Source: an uncultured virus (IMG/VR IMGVR_UViG_3300046367_000054) | Taxonomy: Duplodnaviria > Heunggongvirae > Uroviricota > Caudoviricetes > Crassvirales | Length of the DNA stretch: 25,828 nucleotides | Virus record (IMG/VR): IMGVR_UViG_3300046367_000054 | Direction: 5' to 3' (one strand) | Part shown: in pieces, positions 9,814 through 16,664 of the stretch | How positions within the stretch are numbered: the stretch's first letter is position 1 | How the letters are laid out: every line of letters starts with the position of its first letter | Translations under genes and position numbers: made by a program | The notes under the pieces: generated by a model | Seen by the model: only the letters and a program-made list of their open reading frames with translations | Databases searched by the model: none | Told to the model about the DNA's origin: nothing

Positions 9814-10089
9814 TTATTTATTCTTTCTGCATTTAGCGATAGCGCCACTAGCATAAGCTGAAGGAAATACGTCATAAGTAGCTTTTACTTTTCTATAGCA
9901 TGCGTCCTTAACTGTTTTCTTAGCAGGAGACTTCGGTGCTTCAATTACACCCTTACCGATTAAAACGTCTTTCTGTGTTACTTTACCGTCACCGCTTAAA
10001 TCATTTAGTTTTTTAGCAGGTGATCCAACCCAAAATCCATTATTGCTCTTAGACCCTAAACCTTGTGGTCCTAATCCTTTCTTATTCAT
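9814..10089 (-). CDS. Small basic protein with EF-hand/dockerin-like loop (91 aa; start revised to ATG at 10089)
   Basis: MNKKGLG start lies 1 nt after the upstream stop; DLSGDGKVTQKD loop; two SPAKK; C-terminal PSAYASGAIAKCRK. Confidence 0.7.
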   Translation of the reverse strand: MNKKGLGPQGLGSKSNNGFWVGSPAKKLNDLSGDGKVTQKDVLIGKGVIEAPKSPAKKTVKDACYRKVKATYDVFPSAYASGAIAKCRKNK

Positions 10090-10090
10090 A

Positions 10091-10429
10091 CTAACAGTTC
10101 CATTTATCAAGCGCCAGCTTCTTTCTAGTCGGCTTGCCGTTTTCATCTTTTAAAGGCCCCTTCATACCAGACATACGCGCACAGAACGATTTACGTCTTG
10201 CAGCATCTTTACTACCCGGTTTCAATTTAGAAGGTGGAGTCGTAACAGCAGTCTGCAGCTTACTGCCAGGATTCTCTTTCCTGTAACTCGCAACCCCTTT
10301 AGCATTCAATCCCCCTTTAGGGTCTTTACCTTCTTTACGTGTCCAAGCAGCAGTTTTCTTTAAAGGCGATTTATCGCAACCACAAGAAGCTGTCTTTTTC
10401 AACGGTGATTTTGTGCATCCACATCCCAT
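10091..10429 (-). CDS. Basic phage protein, DUF6321-like (112 aa)
   Basis: AAWTRKEGK..GGLN.KG..SY...RRKSFCARM...KWNC pattern (family recalled, not searched); duplicated N-terminal CGCxKSPLKKTA. Confidence 0.7.
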   Translation of the reverse strand: MGCGCTKSPLKKTASCGCDKSPLKKTAAWTRKEGKDPKGGLNAKGVASYRKENPGSKLQTAVTTPPSKLKPGSKDAARRKSFCARMSGMKGPLKDENGKPTRKKLALDKWNC

Positions 10430-10450
10430 ATTTTATAATTTTTAGATTAG

Positions 10451-10523
10451 TAGCAAAGCTAGGGAATCGAACCCTATTTGGTTGGCTTATGAGACCAATG
10501 AGATACCTTACCTCCCGCCTGCG
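10451..10523 (-). tRNA. tRNA with CAT anticodon (Met/fMet-like), acceptor stem with a one-base bulge
   Basis: Minus strand CGCAGGC GG GAGG TAAGGTA TCTC A TTGGT CTCATAA GCCAA CCAAA TAGGG TTCGATT CCCTA GCTTTGCT A; anticodon at 10489-10491. Confidence 0.75.
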
Positions 10524-10566
10524 ATATGATTTATATAATCGCATAGTAAATAAAGATATTAAAACA

Positions 10567-10610
10567 GCGACGTTAGCCTACTACTATATAATATAACACC
10601 CTAATGTCAC
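10567..10610 (+). repeat. 44-bp quasi-palindromic site, copy A
   Basis: GCGAC GTTAGCC TACTACTATATAATATAACA CCCTAAT GTCAC. Confidence 0.85.
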
Positions 10611-10892
10611 ACTTTCATACAGTTAAGATAGCTTATGCTTTGAATTTTTTTTGTTACGAAAATAGAACTAAAGCTTTTTTTTGAAACTTGTTAGTTATAG
10701 GGAACTAAAGGGCTATATACCTATTTCTGCGGACATACCCCCTAACGGAAAGTCGTTTATATTTGCCCAGCCCCCATACGTTTTTTGGAAAGCGGTAGAA
10801 AGTTTTGGGTTTTTGGTTTGGTTTGTGTGTACGTATCTACAATTACAATAGCGTAGCGCAGCGAAGCGTAGCGTATAGCATACGCGTATAGC

Positions 10893-10934
10893 ATACAGTC
10901 AGGACACGAGGTGATCATGATAATATATGTGTAA
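10893..10934 (+). promoter_or_regulatory. 42-bp repeated upstream element, copy 1
   Basis: ATACA gtcaggac ACGA ggtgatcat GATAATA tatg TGTAA; ATG at 10953. Confidence 0.8.
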
Positions 10935-10952
10935 CAAGTAAATGATAACAAT

Positions 10953-11096
10953 ATGAAACTACAACAACTAATTAACAGATTAATCGATCGCGGATCATTC
11001 GACCTACTATCTGACTCTGAATTCAAATCATTGGATCGCACAGACCAGATGACAGTAAGAAACAAAGTAACATTCACCTTATTACAAGAATCATAA
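10953..11096 (+). CDS. Hypothetical protein (47 aa, MKLQQLINRL...)
   Basis: Follows element copy 1; TAATG coupling to the next gene. Confidence 0.6.
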   Translation: MKLQQLINRLIDRGSFDLLSDSEFKSLDRTDQMTVRNKVTFTLLQES

Positions 11097-11236
11097 TGAA
11101 ACATACTAGATGGTTAGCTTACGAGCTAAAGCTTAACAAGCAGTTGTATGATCTTGGTTTGATTGACCATGTTGAGTACATCGTACGTAAAATGAAACTA
11201 AAAGTAATGAATAAACAACTACAAGAACATGACTAG
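11096..11236 (+). CDS. Hypothetical protein (46 aa, MKHTRWLAYE...)
   Basis: Overlaps the neighbouring genes at both ends. Confidence 0.55.
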   Translation: MKHTRWLAYELKLNKQLYDLGLIDHVEYIVRKMKLKVMNKQLQEHD

Positions 11237-11429
11237 ACTAAGCGACTTACCAAGACACATATACCTTGATCTTATTGAGGAAGCCAGATGGCAACACGGA
11301 TCTGAATTTGTTAACTCTTGTATCGAGATCGATGCGTGTATCTCAGAGCTGTGTAACTGGGCAACTACCAGGCAAGGTTACGATTACTGGTCCTGGATCG
11401 ATAAAGGTTTGTTCGTGCAAATGAATTAA
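11229..11429 (+). CDS. Hypothetical protein (66 aa), TxQGxxYW motif
   Basis: ORF track; shares its C-terminal motif with 14584-14835. Confidence 0.65.
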   Translation: MTRLSDLPRHIYLDLIEEARWQHGSEFVNSCIEIDACISELCNWATTRQGYDYWSWIDKGLFVQMN

Positions 11430-11482
11430 CAACAAGCGGAGCGCGGAGGCGCGCGAAGCGTGTATAGCAACGCGTATAGCAT

Positions 11483-11524
11483 TTACAGTCTGGGTACGAA
11501 TGGTATTTGATAATATATATGTAA
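11483..11524 (+). promoter_or_regulatory. 42-bp element, copy 2
   Basis: TTACA gtctgggt ACGA atggtattt GATAATA tata TGTAA. Confidence 0.8.
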
Positions 11525-11561
11525 GTAACAAAGAATAATAATAATCAAAATAAATAATCAA

Positions 11562-11747
11562 ATGGAAATTACTTTAAAATTCAATCAAAACTTTAAAAAA
11601 GAATTATATCAAAAAATACTTAATTCTAATAAATTAAAATTCACTATAAGATTTTCAAAAGACAAACTTTATATTAATCAACAAGATCTAGAATATATTG
11701 ACAAAGTATTTGATAGAAGTTGTCTAAGATATAAGATATCTAAATAG
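11562..11747 (+). CDS. Hypothetical protein (61 aa)
   Basis: Lies between element copies 2 and 3. Confidence 0.65.
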   Translation: MEITLKFNQNFKKELYQKILNSNKLKFTIRFSKDKLYINQQDLEYIDKVFDRSCLRYKISK

Positions 11748-11749
11748 AC

Positions 11750-11791
11750 TTACAAACCCAACACGAATGGTATTTGATAATATATATGTAA
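11750..11791 (+). promoter_or_regulatory. 42-bp element, copy 3
   Basis: TTACA aacccaac ACGA atggtattt GATAATA tata TGTAA. Confidence 0.8.
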
Positions 11792-11809
11792 CAAGTAAAT
11801 AATTAAATT

Positions 11810-11917
11810 ATGAATAACTTAGAAAAACTACAAGAATTAAGAAAACTTACAAATGATCAAGTGTTATTAGAATATCTCGATGTTTTAATTACAATTGAAT
11901 TAGAATATCAAGAATAA
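11810..11917 (+). CDS. Hypothetical protein (35 aa, MNNLEKLQEL...)
   Basis: Exactly fills the gap between copies 3 and 4. Confidence 0.6.
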   Translation: MNNLEKLQELRKLTNDQVLLEYLDVLITIELEYQE

Positions 11918-11918
11918 C

Positions 11919-11960
11919 TTACAAACTAAATACGAATAGTATTTGATAATAATAATGTAA
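11919..11960 (+). promoter_or_regulatory. 42-bp element, copy 4
   Basis: TTACA aactaaat ACGA atagtattt GATAATA ataa TGTAA. Confidence 0.8.
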
Positions 11961-11991
11961 CAAATAATAAATAACTTTAAAAACAAATATC

Positions 11992-12333
11992 ATGACAAAC
12001 AAAGAATTATTACAACAAGCGATTTCTAAATTAACTAAAGAAGAATTACAAGCAATCTATCCACCAATTGAGCGAGCAAACTTTGTAGTACGCAAGTCTT
12101 GGCTAGGTCGAAATCAAGTAATCACATTCGTCAACAAGAAAAATCAAAAAGTAACTTATAATCACGACGATGTGTTGAATGTTATGCTACCTAAACTAAG
12201 TATCATGCCATGTTGGATCAAACGCGAGTATTGGTCACAATCAACGGATATGCCTAAAGATGTTCGAAATCTTGCAACGTACGAAGATGTGTTGCCAAAT
12301 GTTGAGGAGTTAGTAGCGGGTGTGATTGAATAA
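11992..12333 (+). CDS. Hypothetical protein (113 aa)
   Basis: ORF track; follows copy 4. Confidence 0.75.
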   Translation: MTNKELLQQAISKLTKEELQAIYPPIERANFVVRKSWLGRNQVITFVNKKNQKVTYNHDDVLNVMLPKLSIMPCWIKREYWSQSTDMPKDVRNLATYEDVLPNVEELVAGVIE

Positions 12334-12346
12334 TCACCCGTTGCTA
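12311..12346 (+). terminator. Stem-loop over the gene end (possible terminator or processing site)
   Basis: TAGTAGCGGG-TG-TGATT gaat AATCA-CCCGTTGCTA; no clear U-tract. Confidence 0.4.
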
Positions 12347-12352
12347 TACACC

Positions 12353-12394
12353 CTACAGACCAAATACGATCAAAGATCGATAATATTAATGTAA
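12353..12394 (+). promoter_or_regulatory. 42-bp element, copy 5
   Basis: CTACA gaccaaat ACGA tcaaagatc GATAATA ttaa TGTAA. Confidence 0.8.
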
Positions 12395-12409
12395 CTAAAA
12401 ATAACTAAT

Positions 12410-12670
12410 ATGACTTTCTTAAACAAACCAATTAAAACAAAACAAGACATCAAAAGCTACATTGACAACTTAGTTAAAAACAACATGCTTTATCACTTTG
12501 AAGATGATGCTAAAGACATTCTAAGCTCTAAGTCTGGTTTCACTGAGCCTGCATTCACACCTGAACAGTGCATACTATTAGACGCTAGATCAATCGAAAT
12601 GCTACGAGTTGACTATGGCTACACTTTTGACTATGCATGTCAAGTACTAGAAGAATTAAACATAATATAA
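12410..12670 (+). CDS. Hypothetical protein (86 aa)
   Basis: ORF track; follows copy 5. Confidence 0.75.
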   Translation: MTFLNKPIKTKQDIKSYIDNLVKNNMLYHFEDDAKDILSSKSGFTEPAFTPEQCILLDARSIEMLRVDYGYTFDYACQVLEELNII

Positions 12671-12685
12671 CTAAAAACAACAAAT

Positions 12686-12865
12686 ATGTATCACCATTTA
12701 TCCAAAAGAGAAGTAAAAGAAATGACTAGAGAAGAATTAATTGATGTGCTAATGTGGAATGATCCCAACGGCACGTATAACGACGAAGACTCAATATGCG
12801 AGTTTGGCGAAATAATGACTAGAGAAGAAGCTGAAGCATTAATAATTGGACAATTTGAACTGTAA
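12686..12865 (+). CDS. Hypothetical protein (59 aa, WNDPNGTY motif)
   Basis: MYHHLSKREVKEMTREELIDVLMWNDPNG...; A-rich leader. Confidence 0.65.
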   Translation: MYHHLSKREVKEMTREELIDVLMWNDPNGTYNDEDSICEFGEIMTREEAEALIIGQFEL

Positions 12866-12868
12866 ACT

Positions 12869-13102
12869 ATGAGAAATATGAGAATTGAAGATGTATTAAC
12901 AGGATCTTGTATGGGTCTTGTAATCGGAGTAGTAATCGGTGCGATAGTATTACGTACCAGTACGAATGAACTGCGCGAACTGGAAGCTGATAACAGTCCA
13001 GTGATCATCTGGAATGATGATTCTGAAAGCATACCAGCTGATGGTGAACTAGTACGAATTGAAATGACTCAAAACGATACTATATACATCGGACCTAAGT
13101 AA
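12869..13102 (+). CDS. Putative membrane-anchored protein (77 aa)
   Basis: N-terminal hydrophobic segment MGLVIGVVIGAIVL. Confidence 0.65.
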   Translation: MRNMRIEDVLTGSCMGLVIGVVIGAIVLRTSTNELRELEADNSPVIIWNDDSESIPADGELVRIEMTQNDTIYIGPK

Positions 13103-13109
13103 CAAAAGT

Positions 13110-13153
13110 GTGACAATAGCCTACTACTATATAACTTAATTAGCTAACGTCAC
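13110..13153 (+). repeat. 44-bp quasi-palindromic site, copy B
   Basis: GTGAC AATAGCC TACTACTATATAACTTAATT AGCTAAC GTCAC, flanked by AAAAGT and CTTTTT. Confidence 0.85.
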
Positions 13154-13246
13154 CTTTTTCTACGATCTTAACTTATGCACCGAAACACGGTGTATAGCAT
13201 ACCTATTCTCCATTGCCAAATCTTGGGTAAATAACTCAATAAAAGT

Positions 13247-13290
13247 GCGACAATAGCCCCCTACTATATTACTTAATACCCTAATGTCAC
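13247..13290 (+). repeat. 44-bp quasi-palindromic site, copy C
   Basis: GCGAC AATAGCC CCCTACTATATTACTTAATA CCCTAAT GTCAC, flanked by AAAAGT and CTTTTT. Confidence 0.85.
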
Positions 13291-13352
13291 CTTTTTCCCG
13301 ATCCTCATATTTTATGTTCGATTCTCTCACTTTTTAGGTGCATGTATAGCAT

Positions 13353-13394
13353 TTACAGTCCAAACACGAGATCAATTTGATAATATATATGAAT
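13353..13394 (+). promoter_or_regulatory. 42-bp element, copy 6
   Basis: TTACA gtccaaac ACGA gatcaattt GATAATA tata TGAAT. Confidence 0.8.
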
Positions 13395-13411
13395 CAAATA
13401 ACTAATATACC

Positions 13412-13558
13412 ATGACTTTAGAACTTAACAACGCTCAAATCTCCGCTCTTAAAGAACTTATATGGGATGAAATCGACCGTTTAGGCGGTATTGACCAATT
13501 ATCCGACGAATTAGAGCAAATACTTCAAGATCTTAGAGTTCCTTCAAATGACGAATAG
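13412..13558 (+). CDS. Hypothetical protein (48 aa, MTLELNNAQI...)
   Basis: ATG 17 nt after copy 6. Confidence 0.6.
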   Translation: MTLELNNAQISALKELIWDEIDRLGGIDQLSDELEQILQDLRVPSNDE

Positions 13559-13615
13559 CGAGATAGCGGGTTATACCCTCAATACTTTTTATTCTAGTAA
13601 ACAAAGTATATCCTC

Positions 13616-13657
13616 TTACAAACTAAATACGAGCTCCGTATGATAATATAAATGTAA
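13616..13657 (+). promoter_or_regulatory. 42-bp element, copy 7
   Basis: TTACA aactaaat ACGA gctccgtat GATAATA taaa TGTAA. Confidence 0.8.
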
Positions 13658-13674
13658 CTAATAACAATTATACT

Positions 13675-13878
13675 ATGGATTATGAATTAACCTCTTATAT
13701 TAACCCTAAATGGCCTGAAAGAGTATATTATAAAGCTACTTTCATGAATGAAACGTATCACCATACCGACAAGGCTATTGTCAATACTTGGTTACGTGAG
13801 AAGTTATTGAATAACGAGTATTATATTGAAAAAGACCGTATAAACCAAAAGGCTATCGATGCCTTCTATAAAAAGTAA
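13675..13878 (+). CDS. Hypothetical protein (67 aa)
   Basis: ORF track; follows copy 7. Confidence 0.7.
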   Translation: MDYELTSYINPKWPERVYYKATFMNETYHHTDKAIVNTWLREKLLNNEYYIEKDRINQKAIDAFYKK

Positions 13879-13881
13879 ATT

Positions 13882-14073
13882 ATGAAGAAATTAAATGGAT
13901 TTGAAAGCTTCCTAGCTACACAGGGATTAGAATTATTAAGAGAACAAATGGTGAATGATATTACTACTTATGTACAACAAGGTAAAACACCTTTATTCAC
14001 GACGGGATTCGTTGACGACTCTATCGATGCGTTAATCAAGAAACTTGAAACATTAACCTTAAAACAAAAGTAA
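13882..14073 (+). CDS. Hypothetical protein (63 aa)
   Basis: ORF track; tight packing. Confidence 0.7.
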   Translation: MKKLNGFESFLATQGLELLREQMVNDITTYVQQGKTPLFTTGFVDDSIDALIKKLETLTLKQK

Positions 14074-14074
14074 G

Positions 14075-14254
14075 ATGCAAGAATACAATGTAGAAATTAT
14101 TGAAACATCAAGTAAGTATGTTACCGTTACGGCATCAAGTGCGGATATGGCGGAACGAGTGGTAAGATCAATGTACAACAGCGAAGAAATAGTATTAGAC
14201 TATAGCGACTTCGATAAAGTAGAATTCAATACGGTTAGGGTCTTACAAAGCTAA
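14075..14254 (+). CDS. DpnD/PcfM-like small protein (59 aa)
   Basis: MQEYNVEIIETSSKYVTVTASSADMAERVVRSMYNSEEIVLDYSDF matches the recalled family pattern (Y.V.I.ET....V.V.A....A...V...Y..EEIVLD..DF). Confidence 0.65.
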   Translation: MQEYNVEIIETSSKYVTVTASSADMAERVVRSMYNSEEIVLDYSDFDKVEFNTVRVLQS

Positions 14255-14284
14255 CACGATCACCAAATGATAATATTAATGTAA
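14243..14284 (+). promoter_or_regulatory. 42-bp element, copy 8
   Basis: TTACA aagctaac ACGA tcaccaaat GATAATA ttaa TGTAA; overlaps the upstream stop. Confidence 0.8.
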
Positions 14285-14302
14285 CAAATAAAAATATATA
14301 CT

Positions 14303-14572
14303 ATGAACAAAGTAATAAAATTAACTAAGCTTTATGAATGTAACGACCACGACCGTTATATCTATGTTGAATACACAAATGGCGAAATTACAACATTAAA
14401 TTACCATCAAGGTATTTGCGAAGACTTTGATCCATTCTATGCCGTAAACGACAAAGACTTACTTAACTTCTACAATGCTATACATGACGCGTTGTACCAC
14501 ATGAGCGAAAACGAAATTGATCAATTCAACTACGCAATCGATATGCACTTTGATTACAAAAATAACTTTTAA
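14303..14572 (+). CDS. Hypothetical protein (89 aa)
   Basis: ORF track; follows copy 8. Confidence 0.75.
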   Translation: MNKVIKLTKLYECNDHDRYIYVEYTNGEITTLNYHQGICEDFDPFYAVNDKDLLNFYNAIHDALYHMSENEIDQFNYAIDMHFDYKNNF

Positions 14573-14583
14573 TACATAATATT

Positions 14584-14835
14584 ATGACTAGACAAGAATG
14601 GTTTAACACATTGACACCTGAAGTACAAGAACAATTTAAATTTAACACCAACCAAAACGAAAGCGCATCCGAAGATTCATTCTTTAAATTCTGGATAGAG
14701 CAAGGCTCTAGAGGTATAACATCTGGTATTGGAGGAGCATTCTCTTTCGGTAATACACCACAGGGCTTCCACTATTGGAATGACATTGACAAAGAAGCAG
14801 GACAATTAATTAAATACGACAATAGCCATGAATAA
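14584..14835 (+). CDS. Hypothetical protein (83 aa), TPQGFHYW motif
   Basis: ORF track; motif shared with 11229-11429. Confidence 0.7.
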   Translation: MTRQEWFNTLTPEVQEQFKFNTNQNESASEDSFFKFWIEQGSRGITSGIGGAFSFGNTPQGFHYWNDIDKEAGQLIKYDNSHE

Positions 14836-14920
14836 AATATTTTTAAGAACGGTACTAATAAGATTTTATAAAGAATTACAAGAAGCTGGGAAATCAGCGG
14901 CTTATGCAATGAGACATTAG
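14828..14920 (+). CDS. Possible 30-aa peptide (MNKIFLRTVL...)
   Basis: Overlaps the upstream gene end and fills the gap before copy 9. Confidence 0.4.
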   Translation: MNKIFLRTVLIRFYKELQEAGKSAAYAMRH

Positions 14921-14932
14921 CGATATAAGTAT

Positions 14933-14974
14933 CTACAAGCTAAACACGATACTTAATTGATAATACAATTGTAA
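14933..14974 (+). promoter_or_regulatory. 42-bp element, copy 9
   Basis: CTACA agctaaac ACGA tacttaatt GATAATA caat TGTAA. Confidence 0.8.
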
Positions 14975-14987
14975 TTAACAAATAACA

Positions 14988-15167
14988 ATGAAAGATATTA
15001 AAAAGAAAAAAGACGGAACCTTAGTTGTTAACGGCGTGCTATACACACCTTATAACGTTAGCGATCTACCAATGAGCTTTGGCTTTAAAACTAGCGAAAC
15101 ACGTGTAACACCCGGCTACGACGAATGGTTTAACTATAAAGGCGTAACTTATATAATCAAAAAATAA
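14988..15167 (+). CDS. Hypothetical protein (59 aa, MKDIKKKKDG...)
   Basis: ATG 13 nt after copy 9. Confidence 0.65.
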   Translation: MKDIKKKKDGTLVVNGVLYTPYNVSDLPMSFGFKTSETRVTPGYDEWFNYKGVTYIIKK

Positions 15168-15169
15168 CT

Positions 15170-15319
15170 ATGGAAAAAGCAATACAAGAAACCGAAAAGT
15201 TTGAACAATGGATGAAAACAAGAGTGCAAAGTGTACATTATGCTAACAACGCTAAAATGACTGTAGCTTATGATCGAGTATTCCAAAACAACTTACGTTT
15301 AACTATAAAATCTAAGTAA
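15170..15319 (+). CDS. Hypothetical protein (49 aa, MEKAIQETEK...)
   Basis: Tight packing on both sides. Confidence 0.6.
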   Translation: MEKAIQETEKFEQWMKTRVQSVHYANNAKMTVAYDRVFQNNLRLTIKSK

Positions 15320-15320
15320 T

Positions 15321-15536
15321 ATGAATATAAGCGAGATCAAATACCGTGCTCAATGTAAAGGTTACTCTAAAGTATTATCATTACAAAGCGACTTTCAACG
15401 AGCGGAACGTGACCTAAAGCTAGGCTTAACCGGCGGCGTAAGTATCGAAGAGATTGAAGCAATACGTGATGGCATTGCAACCGAGATTACAGTATGGAAT
15501 TATATATTTAAACTTATAGAAAACGATAACAAATAA
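15321..15536 (+). CDS. Hypothetical protein (71 aa)
   Basis: ORF track. Confidence 0.7.
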   Translation: MNISEIKYRAQCKGYSKVLSLQSDFQRAERDLKLGLTGGVSIEEIEAIRDGIATEITVWNYIFKLIENDNK

Positions 15537-15542
15537 TAAATT

Positions 15543-15830
15543 ATGAAAAGAGTAGTAAAAGCAGCACCAAAATCGGAAGTAATAGAGTTAAATAAAATAA
15601 AGAACGATTCTTATATTGGTATTAAATGGTCTAGCGGTGAAAAAAGTTGGGTTACACAATCAGCAGATAAAGTATTTAAAGGTACTTATATTGGCGACCA
15701 AAATTTAGCGGGATGTTGGACTAGACCGACTAAGCGAGAATATGTTGGAAACGCAATGGAACAAACAGGAACTGAAGTATATGTTTTTGAAGACAAAGAT
15801 GAATTATTAACTTTTTTATTAGAGAAATAA
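15543..15830 (+). CDS. Hypothetical protein (95 aa)
   Basis: ORF track. Confidence 0.75.
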   Translation: MKRVVKAAPKSEVIELNKIKNDSYIGIKWSSGEKSWVTQSADKVFKGTYIGDQNLAGCWTRPTKREYVGNAMEQTGTEVYVFEDKDELLTFLLEK

Positions 15831-15831
15831 T

Positions 15832-16071
15832 ATGATAACAAGTAAAGAACAAACATTACCTAAATGGTTTACCGGTATGCTATACACTGACGGCGGCACA
15901 GTTAGCAATCCGTTCTCTGGCGAAAGCTACGATCTAACCCCCGCTGAGTTATCCATGTACGACTTTATCATGGGTTGTTCAATGACCGGTAGAATGCAGA
16001 ATGAAATGATGAAAGGCTTAACGTGGTTTCGCAAAGCTAACCCTAAAGCATATATGGTATTATTAGACTAA
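15832..16071 (+). CDS. Hypothetical phage protein (79 aa)
   Basis: ORF track; NPFSGE...YD..G...WFR..NP.AY..LLD pattern. Confidence 0.75.
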   Translation: MITSKEQTLPKWFTGMLYTDGGTVSNPFSGESYDLTPAELSMYDFIMGCSMTGRMQNEMMKGLTWFRKANPKAYMVLLD

Positions 16072-16081
16072 AATATAAATT

Positions 16082-16318
16082 ATGGCATCAAATTATAATG
16101 GTTACTCAAATTACGCTACATGGCGTATAAATAATGATATATTAAGTAAATGCGATTTTGCAGAACCTATAGAAGCATTTGAACTCGAAGATATAGTAGC
16201 AACAGTTGTGTTTCGCGAAGATGAAGAGCAACGGATCATGCAAGAATTTGCAGCGGCATTCATAAGCCAAGTTGACTTTGAAGAATTAGCATATACAATT
16301 AATAAAGATTTTGAATAG
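16082..16318 (+). CDS. Hypothetical phage protein (78 aa)
   Basis: ORF track; N-terminal YNGYSNYATW motif. Confidence 0.75.
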   Translation: MASNYNGYSNYATWRINNDILSKCDFAEPIEAFELEDIVATVVFREDEEQRIMQEFAAAFISQVDFEELAYTINKDFE

Positions 16319-16319
16319 C

Positions 16320-16361
16320 TTACAAACCAAACACGACAACACAACGATAATATAAATGTAA
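16320..16361 (+). promoter_or_regulatory. 42-bp element, copy 10
   Basis: TTACA aaccaaac ACGA caacacaac GATAATA taaa TGTAA. Confidence 0.8.
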
Positions 16362-16378
16362 CAAATAAAAAATTATAT

Positions 16379-16654
16379 ATGAAAACAATTAACACTACCC
16401 AACAGTTTAAAGAATTTGTTGGAGACAATGGCAGATTATTCAGCGTAACATTCAGAAAAACTGACGGATCAATTAGAAAAATGGTTGCAAGACTAAATGT
16501 AAAGTCTTACTTAACCGGCGGCGGCGCAAAATATAATGCAGCTGAGCGTAACAATATCGTAGTATTCTCTATGCGAGATAAAGCATACCGTACAATTAAG
16601 ATCGATAACTTATTGAGTATCAAGGCTAATGGTGAATTAATCGAAAACAACTAA
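16379..16654 (+). CDS. SH3/WYL-like beta-barrel phage protein (91 aa)
   Basis: FSVTFRKTDGSIRKM...AYRTI pattern typical of Sm/SH3-like phage proteins. Confidence 0.6.
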   Translation: MKTINTTQQFKEFVGDNGRLFSVTFRKTDGSIRKMVARLNVKSYLTGGGAKYNAAERNNIVVFSMRDKAYRTIKIDNLLSIKANGELIENN

Positions 16655-16664
16655 ATAAAAATAT

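Noticed and set aside
1702..9836. Plus-strand ORFs in the track across the left arm (e.g. 1702-2022, 3900-4178, 5788-6126, 8440-8766)
   Set aside because: Antisense shadows of well-supported minus-strand genes; several lack ATG starts.
10339..11104. ORFs 10339-10596 (+) and 10757-11104 (-)
   Set aside because: They overlap the tRNA, motif sites and opposite-strand genes; likely spurious.
12722..12830. Direct repeat ATGACTAGAGAAGAA
   Set aside because: Encodes MTREE twice within one small protein; explained by an internal protein repeat.
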